Source of the DNA: Deltaproteobacteria bacterium
Lineage (GTDB): Bacteria > CG2-30-53-67
Length of the DNA stretch: 35,690 nt
Direction of reading: 5' to 3'
Assembly (NCBI GenBank): GCA_013151235.1
Contig: JAADIO010000036.1
Location: forward strand, 1-35,690
The notes beneath the pieces were generated by a model. The model was not told the DNA's origin. It searched no databases and worked only from the letters and a program-made list of their open reading frames with translations. The number at the start of each line of letters is the position of its first letter. The stretch's first letter is position 1. A program made the position numbers and the translations under genes. Shown here in pieces: positions 1 through 7,026 of the stretch.

Positions 1-1
1 T

Positions 2-397
2 TTGAATGCATCCCACAGTTTTCTCCTCAGCATTCCGGGAGTGGGAAAGATATTGGCCCTGACCATCATGCTGGAGAGCGGCCCCATCGGGCGTTTTACA
101 AAAGCTGGAAACTATGTCTCCTACTGCCGGAAGGTTCCCAGTCGATGGACGAGTAATGGAAAGGCCAAAGGCAAGGGAAACAAAAAGAACGGCAATAAAT
201 ATCTGGCTTGGGCTTTCTCCGAAGCCTCGGAGTTGTCACGGCGTTATCATGCAGATGCCAGGGCCTACTACAACCGGAAAATGCAGAAGACAAACTTTAT
301 GGTCGCTCACATGGCCCTGGGTCACAAACTGGCCAAGGGAGCCTATTATATCATGCGGGACCAAGTCCCTTTTTGCCCGGAGAAGTTATTCGCATAA
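2..397 (+). CDS. IS110-family transposase/recombinase, C-terminal (Transposase_20) part; 5' end lies outside the window
   Basis: SIPGVGKILA helix-hairpin-helix, RF...SYC, SNGK (catalytic Ser position), GNKYLAWAFSEA and A(L)GHKLAK motifs are typical of the IS110/IS1111 C-terminal domain. Confidence 0.92.
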   Translation: MNASHSFLLSIPGVGKILALTIMLESGPIGRFTKAGNYVSYCRKVPSRWTSNGKAKGKGNKKNGNKYLAWAFSEASELSRRYHADARAYYNRKMQKTNFMVAHMALGHKLAKGAYYIMRDQVPFCPEKLFA

Positions 398-780
398 CGG
401 TTGGCTGGAACGGTGAACCTGGCTTGGGGTTGGTGAGAATCCATTAGGTCTGATTGGTCATCCGTTCCACCCGGTATAAAAGTTATCCACCTCTTTGCTG
501 CCCATGCCGTGAGCCACCTCGGGGTTGGTTCACAACCATACCGTCTGTTCTCCTTCCAATGGACACGGCATGGAACCGAAGATTTTCTGGTCCACCGGAA
601 AGGTGGAAAGGGCCGACAGAGTAGTTCAAGCTGTCATTGCCTTGATCCTGATGGGTGACTGGTGCAGTGAAGTTTAGTGCTGACGCCTAAACCGAAAGAA
701 ACTACGGCAATCGCAAGGACGCGGATAACCTACGAAAATATTCGCAAGAAAAAACCTTTTTCTTGCGTAGGGGAGTTTTT
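398..780 (+). ncRNA. Candidate bridge/seek RNA in the IS110 3' non-coding region
   Basis: Stems TGGAACGG 406-413/CCGTTCCA 462-469, CCATGCCGTG 502-511/CACGGCATGG 564-573, TCCACC/GGTGGA 591-607 and an 11-bp stem at 743-767; ATGGGTG at 651-657 matches the element end at 804-810. Confidence 0.6.
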
Positions 781-785
781 CTCTC

Positions 786-791
786 TTGACA
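786..791 (+). promoter_or_regulatory. Outward-facing -35 box at the IS right end (circle-junction promoter half)
   Basis: Perfect TTGACA; a 17-nt spacer puts the -10 at 809-814, across the inferred IS end. Confidence 0.6.
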
Positions 792-845
792 CGGTGCCTT
801 TTAATGGGTGTCCCCCAGGACTCTCACTTCACAAAACACGTCAAT

Positions 846-870
846 AAAAATGGTCGCTGTCCCCATTTTC
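846..870. repeat. REP-like imperfect palindrome AAAAATGGTCGCTGTCCCCATTTTC
   Basis: AAAATGG/CCATTTT inverted arms; shares TGTCCCC with the IS junction at 809-815. Confidence 0.45.
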
Positions 871-1238
871 TCGGATAGAAGAAGCATGTATTTTCTGCCT
901 GAATAAGGAAGACGGGCGATCCGGACAAGGCCGACTCCGGCGGCGGAGGCCGCCCGGACCAGTGAAGGGGGAATGGCGGGTTCTTCCGGTCTCCGGATCA
1001 CCCGCCGGCTGGTTTCACGGGCCGCGATAGGTCCCGTAAACCAGAGCATCCAGGCCAACGCGCCAAGTCCGGCAAGATGGGGGATCACGTAATCCCCCCG
1101 GCATAGGCCTCCCTGACGACCTCAGCCACGCGCAGGTCGTCGGGTGGCAGCAGCTTCCCGCCCGGCCTGTCCCACGAGGAACACCAGGAGGATCACGGCC
1201 GCCAGAAAGATTCCCCGAAACCGGATAGGACCTGTCAT
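870..1238 (-). pseudogene. Frameshifted, internally deleted ArnT/PMT (GT83/GT39-like) glycosyltransferase remnant
   Basis: Joining frames gives MTGPIRFRGIFLAAVILLVFLVGQAGRE / LLPPDDLRVAEVVREAYAGG / DYVIPHLAGL, matching the ArnT N-terminal PDExRxAExAREM...GDxxxPxLxG signature; two frameshifts, and most of the gene is missing. Confidence 0.7.
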
Positions 1239-1355
1239 GCGTAATCCCCCGTAGCCCGGTCGAACAGTCCAACGTCGAAATATTACCGTGGCGATTATAC
1301 GCATACGAGAATATCGTGACAAGCGGAAAACCGTACACAAGCGTATGCAAAAGGT

Positions 1356-1384
1356 TTGACATGCAAGCACCGCCAAACTATAGT
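1356..1384 (+). promoter_or_regulatory. Sigma70 promoter for the nucleotidyltransferase operon
   Basis: TTGACA (1356-1361), 17 nt, TATAGT (1379-1384); places the start codon at ATG 1430 rather than 1316. Confidence 0.75.
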
Positions 1385-1429
1385 GAAACGGGTACGGGCC
1401 GTGAGACTGCGAAGGACGGGGATGACACC

Positions 1430-4081
1430 ATGGACGTGATCACCACCCATGTAAACGCCGATTTCGACTGCCTCGCCTCCATGGTGGCGGCGAAGAAGCT
1501 CTATCCCGAAGCCCGCCCCGTCTTTGCCGGATCACAGGAGTCGACGCTGCGCCAGTTTTTCCTGCACGCCGCAAGCTATACCCTGAAGTTCGACCGCCTC
1601 AAGAACATCAACCTCGACGAGATCAAGCGGCTGATCATCGTCGATACCCGTTCCCGCAAGCGGATCGGGAAGTTCGCCGATCTGGTCGGCAAACCGAACG
1701 TGGAAGTCCACATCTACGATCATCATCCGGCGGCCCCCGGAGACATTCCGGCCGACAAATCGGTGATTCGGGAGCGGGGTTCCACAACCACGATCTTCAT
1801 GGAACTCTTCCAGGAGAGAGGAATGAAGATCACTCCCCTGGAGGCAACGATCTTCGCATTGGGAATTTACGAAGATACCGGCTCCTTTACCTTTGCCTCG
1901 ACCCGCAAGGCGGACCTGGACGCCGCCGCCTATCTCCTGGAAAGGGGAGCGGATTTGAACCTCGTCTCCGATTTCATGACCCGGGAATTGACGGCAGAAC
2001 AGGTCTCCCTGCTGAACGACCTGATCCATTCCGCCACGACCTACGACATCAAGGGGATTTCCATCGTAATCGCCGTCTCCTCGGTGGAAAAATATATCGG
2101 GGACCTGGCCGTACTGGTCCACAAGCTCAGGGACATGGAGAACATCAATGCACTTTTCGTCCTGGTGCGTATGGCGGACCGGGTCTACCTCGTGGCCCGT
2201 TCCCGGATCCCGGAGGTTAATGCCGGAGAGATCCTGACCGACTTCCACGGCGGCGGACATCCCTCGGCCGCTTCGGGAACGATCAAGGACCGGACGCTCC
2301 AGCAGATCAAGGAAGATCTGTTGCAATCCCTGCGCCGCCATATATCCCCCGTACGCTCAGCCCGGGATATAATGACCACCCCCCTCGTCACGATCAACGC
2401 CGGAAACACACTGCAGGACGCCTCGGACCGTATGACCCGCTACAATATCAATGCCCTGCCCGTTCTGGAAGGGGGACGGTTCGCCGGCGTCGTGACCCGG
2501 GAGATCGTCCAGAAAGGGATCTTTCATCAACTGCAGCATACGCCGGTACGGGAACTGATGAGTTCCGACTTCGAGACCGCCTCACCCACGACCTCCCTCT
2601 TCGTCATCGAGAAAACCATGATTGAAAAGAACCAGCGGATGATGCCGGTCATCGACCGGGATCAGGTCATCGGCGCAATCACACGGACGGATCTTCTGAA
2701 GGCGCTGCACGAGGACATCCGGATGAGCCCCGGTTATCCTGTCGACTTCGGGGATGAAGAGGCCGTCTTCAGCAGGAACCTGCGGAAGCTTATGGAGGAA
2801 CGCCTACCGGTCTCTCTGATCGCGCTCCTGGAAAGTATCGGGAAGGCGGCGGACAATCTGGCATTCTCCGCTTACGTCGTGGGCGGATTCGTCCGGGACC
2901 TCCTCCTCGGGATCCGAAATCTCGATATAGATATCGTGGTTAAAGGGGATGGGATCACCCTGGCGAAGAGTTTCGCGGAGAAACACCGGGGGCGGATCAG
3001 GAGCCACCCCCGCTTCGGCACCGCCGTCGTGATCCTGCCGGACGGGTTCCGGATCGATTTCGCCACGGCCCGGACGGAGTACTATGAATATCCCGCCGCC
3101 CTGCCGACGGTCGAGATCAGTTCGGTAAAGAAAGACCTCTACCGGCGGGATTTCACCATCAATACCCTGATCATTCAGTTAAACGGAAATGCATTCGGCC
3201 GTCTCATCGACTACTTCGGGGGACAGCGGGACCTGAAGGACCGGTCGATCCGGGTCCTTCACAACCTGAGTTTCGTGGAAGATCCCACGCGCGCCTTCCG
3301 GGCCATCCGCTTTGAAACCCGTTTCCATTTCACCATCGGCCGGGATACCTCGAACCTGATCGAAAGCGCCGTCAGGATGAACCTCTTTCAGAAACTTTCG
3401 GGCAAGCGGGTCCTGATCGAACTCAAATACCTCTTCGAAGAAGAGAATCCCTTCCCTTCGGTCCGGCGGATGGAATCGTTTCACCTGCTGCAATTTATTC
3501 ATCCCAGGCTGAAACTGCCCCGTGAAATGGCCGCCCTGTTTGTTTCCATCAAAAAGGTGCTGGCCTGGTTCAATCTCCTCTACCTGGATATTCCAATCGA
3601 GCCGTATCTGGTCTACCTGCTGGGCCTGCTCCATCGGCTTGACGAAAAGGACGTGAAGGAAGCCGGCGCCAACCTGGAACTGCCACAGGACCTGAGCGCA
3701 AAATACCTCATCGGGCGGGATCTGTTCTATGACGTGCTGAACCGGCTGGAGCACGACCGAAGAATACCGCCGAGTGAAATCGACCGGCTCCTGACGGGAA
3801 TCCCGATGGAGACGCTGTTATTGATGATGGCCCTCACCGACTCGGAGATTGCAAGAAAACGTTTTTCCAATTATCTGACCCGTGACCGGTCCGTCAAACC
3901 GGAAATCACGGGAGACGAGATCGGACGGCTCGGTTTCGCCCCGGGTCCCGTCTACCGGCGGATTCTCGAACGGCTCCGATACGCCCGCCTGGATGGAGAA
4001 GTCAAAACGAAAGAAGAGGAACTGCAACTGATCCGAAAGGAGTTTTCAGAAAGAAAAAATCATACAGGGAGGAATTCATGA
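1430..4081 (+). CDS. DHH/DHHA1-CBS-tRNA nucleotidyltransferase (likely A-adding type CCA enzyme)
   Basis: THVNADFD, DHH, GIYEDTG and GGGHPSAAS (DHH/DHHA1); tandem CBS pair; VGGFVRDLL..DIDIVV, RRDFTIN and EDPTR (class II NTase). Confidence 0.92.
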   Translation: MDVITTHVNADFDCLASMVAAKKLYPEARPVFAGSQESTLRQFFLHAASYTLKFDRLKNINLDEIKRLIIVDTRSRKRIGKFADLVGKPNVEVHIYDHHPAAPGDIPADKSVIRERGSTTTIFMELFQERGMKITPLEATIFALGIYEDTGSFTFASTRKADLDAAAYLLERGADLNLVSDFMTRELTAEQVSLLNDLIHSATTYDIKGISIVIAVSSVEKYIGDLAVLVHKLRDMENINALFVLVRMADRVYLVARSRIPEVNAGEILTDFHGGGHPSAASGTIKDRTLQQIKEDLLQSLRRHISPVRSARDIMTTPLVTINAGNTLQDASDRMTRYNINALPVLEGGRFAGVVTREIVQKGIFHQLQHTPVRELMSSDFETASPTTSLFVIEKTMIEKNQRMMPVIDRDQVIGAITRTDLLKALHEDIRMSPGYPVDFGDEEAVFSRNLRKLMEERLPVSLIALLESIGKAADNLAFSAYVVGGFVRDLLLGIRNLDIDIVVKGDGITLAKSFAEKHRGRIRSHPRFGTAVVILPDGFRIDFATARTEYYEYPAALPTVEISSVKKDLYRRDFTINTLIIQLNGNAFGRLIDYFGGQRDLKDRSIRVLHNLSFVEDPTRAFRAIRFETRFHFTIGRDTSNLIESAVRMNLFQKLSGKRVLIELKYLFEEENPFPSVRRMESFHLLQFIHPRLKLPREMAALFVSIKKVLAWFNLLYLDIPIEPYLVYLLGLLHRLDEKDVKEAGANLELPQDLSAKYLIGRDLFYDVLNRLEHDRRIPPSEIDRLLTGIPMETLLLMMALTDSEIARKRFSNYLTRDRSVKPEITGDEIGRLGFAPGPVYRRILERLRYARLDGEVKTKEEELQLIRKEFSERKNHTGRNS

Positions 4082-4563
4082 ACATTACGACCGTATCGCT
4101 GAATATACCCGAAGAGAGCAACATCATCCTCGGCCAGACCCACTTCATCAAGACCGTGGAGGACCTTTACGAGATCATGGTCAGTCAGGTCCCATCGGCC
4201 CGGTTCGGCCTCGCCTTCTGTGAAGCCTCCGGCGTCTGCCTGATCCGGAGCGACGGTAATGACGAGGCATTGATCCATACCTCCATTGAAAACATGAAAC
4301 AGGTGGCCGCCGGGCACAGCTTTATCATCATGATGAAGGAGGTCTTTCCGATCAATGTGCTCAATGCCGTCAAGGGGTGCCCGGAGGTCTGCCGGATCTT
4401 CTGCGCCACGGCAAATCCGGTGGAGGTAATCGTCGCGGAGACGGAGCAAGGACGGGGGATCCTGGGGGTCATCGACGGTTTTTCACCCAAAGGGGTGGAA
4501 GAAGAGAAAGACAAGGAATACCGCAGGAGCCTGTTACGGCAGTTCGGTTACAAGCGGGGATGA
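4078..4563 (+). CDS. DUF355 adenosine-specific kinase / AMP-binding family protein
   Basis: NIILGQTHFIKTVEDLYE, FCEASG, CATANP and GRGILGVIDG motifs; ATGA overlap with the upstream gene. Confidence 0.85.
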   Translation: MNITTVSLNIPEESNIILGQTHFIKTVEDLYEIMVSQVPSARFGLAFCEASGVCLIRSDGNDEALIHTSIENMKQVAAGHSFIIMMKEVFPINVLNAVKGCPEVCRIFCATANPVEVIVAETEQGRGILGVIDGFSPKGVEEEKDKEYRRSLLRQFGYKRG

Positions 4564-4597
4564 AGGCACGGGGGCAGGACGGAATCACCACGGCACA

Positions 4598-6076
4598 TCA
4601 CCGGAGAGCGACCTTCCTGACCGTTTGCGCCATGTCGAAGACCGGCAATACCGGGGCATCCTTGCCCAGCAGTTTGTTCACGAGGAACTGCGGCGCACTC
4701 CGATAACGGACAACGACCCGGATTACAATCTCTCCTCGGACATCTTCCGGGACGACAAAGGCATAATGTTCCACCGAATATCCCTTGGGGCGAATCCGTT
4801 TATCGGAGAGGACCTGCACGGCTGCCGGGAGGAAGAAGGTCGGTTTTCTCTCCTTCCCCCCCTCCCCGAGGACGGTTTTATAAATCACGGCATCGGGGCC
4901 GAGATTCCCGTCCCGGTCCAGGCCCCCGGATTCGTACAGGACCCTGCCGTCGGGACCCTTGACCGTCACATGGAGCCACATCTGGCGGACGTAGGTCAAA
5001 CCGGTCGGAAGGTAATGCCCGGCGCCGACATTATCCACACGCACCTCAAAACGGAAGAGCTTCCCAGCCCGGACCGGTTTTGTCGCCCCCTTGACGGCGA
5101 CGACGACCGCCTTGGAGAGCCGGTCCCGGGCCATCTGTGCCCAGGCCGGATTCCCGAGGAGTTCCGGGACCATGGCATTGCCCCCGACAAACCAGTGCTG
5201 CCAGACATGGGTACGGTGCTTCGCCCCCATCCCTTTGGGCGCAGCGAACCCGGGCGTATCGGGACGCGCCGTAATTCCCGTGGCAGCCACCGACGGCGTC
5301 TGACGCATGTGACAATCCTGGCAGTGTGTAGAGGTCTTCGGATCCCCCGTATTATAGGGGCTGGTCCGCCATTCCGTGTAGGTGTTTTCGATCGGCATGA
5401 TGTTGTGGGCGTGCGCCACGTCATGACACATTCCGCACAACTCGGAACGGGTATGAAGTTCGGAATAGGCCGTCCGGTGAAAAGGAGAGACCGAATCGCG
5501 GCGAGGGCCGAACTTGGTCCCGCCTTTCCCTTCCGCGGCATTGCCGGGTTTGAGAATAAACGCCCCGTTTCCAACTCCGGCGCTGCTCGACACGGTATGA
5601 CAGACATCGCAGTAAACCCCGGACCTTGCCGGTGCGGAGAGTTCACCGGTCAGGTAACGGCCCGGTTCGTCGGCAAGGTAGCCAACCGGGGTATGGCACC
5701 GGGGACACATGGCCGTCTCTTCTTTTTCCGGACCGGTTTCAGCCCGTCGCAAATACGATTTATAGACCGCGATAAAAACAGGGTCTTTCCAGGCATTCCC
5801 CATCATGGACCCCTTCCATTGGTCATAGATCTTTCTGTGACACCCGCCGCAGATATCCGGGGTGAAGAATTGATCCGACCGGAACCGGCCCGGCATGGAG
5901 GGCGTACCCCAGACCATGTTCGACGGCGCCGTGGCCTTGGGAAGCGTCCAGATCGGCGTGACCTTTGCTTGCCCCTTGTGCCAACCCGAATAGTCCCTTT
6001 GCGGGCCTTCCGCCGAGGCATAGACCCCCCACCCGAGCAGAAACCCCAGCAGAAAAATCGTGGTTCTGTGGATCAT
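4598..6076 (-). CDS. Periplasmic pentaheme c-type cytochrome (c554-like multiheme domain plus C-terminal beta domain)
   Basis: Signal peptide after a GGAGG RBS (ATG 6076); CGGCH, CPRCH, CDVCH, CGMCH and CQDCH; GAGHYLPTG motif. Confidence 0.88.
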   Translation of the reverse strand: MIHRTTIFLLGFLLGWGVYASAEGPQRDYSGWHKGQAKVTPIWTLPKATAPSNMVWGTPSMPGRFRSDQFFTPDICGGCHRKIYDQWKGSMMGNAWKDPVFIAVYKSYLRRAETGPEKEETAMCPRCHTPVGYLADEPGRYLTGELSAPARSGVYCDVCHTVSSSAGVGNGAFILKPGNAAEGKGGTKFGPRRDSVSPFHRTAYSELHTRSELCGMCHDVAHAHNIMPIENTYTEWRTSPYNTGDPKTSTHCQDCHMRQTPSVAATGITARPDTPGFAAPKGMGAKHRTHVWQHWFVGGNAMVPELLGNPAWAQMARDRLSKAVVVAVKGATKPVRAGKLFRFEVRVDNVGAGHYLPTGLTYVRQMWLHVTVKGPDGRVLYESGGLDRDGNLGPDAVIYKTVLGEGGKERKPTFFLPAAVQVLSDKRIRPKGYSVEHYAFVVPEDVRGEIVIRVVVRYRSAPQFLVNKLLGKDAPVLPVFDMAQTVRKVALR

Positions 6077-6219
6077 CTCCACCTCCGAACATCCTAAAAT
6101 CGAGGAACGTCTGAACCGATAAGACCGTTCTATCTTACACAAGATTGCCCGTTCGTCAATTCAGCAGACCATGTATGGGGAAAGAGGATAACAATCGGGG
6201 AAGGGACTTGCAAGAGGCA

Positions 6220-6558
6220 TTACCCCAGGATTTCCAGAACCTCTTTGAGTTCCGTTTTCACTTCACTCAAAGTCTCCCGGAGGTGGGGCGTGGCGGAAAC
6301 AATTTCACTTAAACTTTGTTCGGATTCGATCCGTTTTTTCGCCCCGGCGATCGTATATTTCTGTTTGTAAAGAAGTTCCTTTATTTTCAGAATGAGGAGG
6401 ACATCTTTCTTTTTGTAGACCCGCTGGCCGGCCTTGTTCTTTTTGGGACGCAGGCTTTTAAATTCCGTCTCCCAGTACCGGAGAACATGAGGTTCCACAC
6501 TGGTAAGCTTGCTGACCTCGCCGATACGGAAAAAGAATTTATTGGGAATCTTCTGCAT
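6220..6558 (-). CDS. MerR-family transcriptional regulator (ihfA-associated type)
   Basis: KFFFRIGEVSKL..VEPHVLRYWETEF, QRVYKKKD and YTIAGAKK; directly downstream of ihfA. Confidence 0.9.
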   Translation of the reverse strand: MQKIPNKFFFRIGEVSKLTSVEPHVLRYWETEFKSLRPKKNKAGQRVYKKKDVLLILKIKELLYKQKYTIAGAKKRIESEQSLSEIVSATPHLRETLSEVKTELKEVLEILG

Positions 6559-6618
6559 GTTTTATTCCATCCACGGACCGGAACAGCGCCGCAGGATATT
6601 ACCTACGATTACCGCAGA

Positions 6619-6924
6619 TCAGGCCTCTTCCGGAGATTTCCGCGCATCATACTTCAGAATGTGCTCCTTGAAGACCTGGCTCGGCTTGAAGGTAACCACC
6701 TTGCGGGGTGTAATCTCGATCTCCTCGCCCGTCTTCGGATTACGCCCCTTCCGGGAGCCCTTGTTCCGGATGGAAAAGTTCCCGAAACCGGCGATCTTTA
6801 CAACATCCCCGCGCTCCAGGGTTTTCTTGATCGTCTCTAAAACCGTTTCCACCACATCGGAGGACTCCTTCTTGGAGAATCCGACCCGGCTGTAGACCTC
6901 TTCAACAATATCCGCCTTGGTCAT
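6619..6924 (-). CDS. ihfA: Integration host factor subunit alpha
   Basis: MTKADIVE, VKIAGFGNF, RKGRNPKTGEEIEITPRKVVTFKPSQ. Confidence 0.92.
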   Translation of the reverse strand: MTKADIVEEVYSRVGFSKKESSDVVETVLETIKKTLERGDVVKIAGFGNFSIRNKGSRKGRNPKTGEEIEITPRKVVTFKPSQVFKEHILKYDARKSPEEA

Positions 6925-6965
6925 GCTTCGGCCTCCATGAAATTCAGATCTGCGAACTAATTTTA

Positions 6966-6994
6966 AACATACTACAGATCGGGGCCGAAGTCAA
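6966..6994 (-). promoter_or_regulatory. Sigma70 promoter for ihfA
   Basis: Minus strand TTGACT, 17 nt, TATGTT. Confidence 0.5.
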
Positions 6995-7026
6995 GTTTAT
7001 TCTATTTTATTCAATACTTACAGCCG

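Larger units (their letters stand above)
1..811 (+). mobile_element. Right part of an IS110/IS1111-type insertion sequence, with a long 3' non-coding end
   Basis: Transposase, then ~410 nt of hairpin-rich non-coding DNA, an outward TTGACA at 786-791 and TAATGGGTGT at 802-811; the exact end is inferred. Confidence 0.75.

Noticed and set aside
423-453. TTGGGGT and AGGTCT in the IS loop resemble the terminal repeat TTGGGGGTCAGGTCT (35653-35667) as a guide-target match
   Set aside because: GGGGTTGG recurs in both stem-loops and looks structural; both halves are same-sense, unlike canonical bridge geometry; the actual junction is TGTCCCC. Not excluded, but unsupported.
801-1376. In-frame TGA (1122-1124) between two same-frame ORFs, suggesting selenocysteine readthrough or small signal peptides
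   Set aside because: A third frame spanning the TGA gives the ArnT motif, so a frameshifted pseudogene explains it better
1316-1429. N-terminal extension of the nucleotidyltransferase in the ORF track
   Set aside because: It overlaps a consensus promoter; family similarity starts at Met 1430
4625-6097. 490-aa plus-strand ORF and similar long antisense ORFs (12437-13729, 17545-18600, 22872-23903, 24430-25440, 25534-26691)
   Set aside because: Shadow frames opposite well-supported genes in GC-rich DNA, with no recognisable motifs
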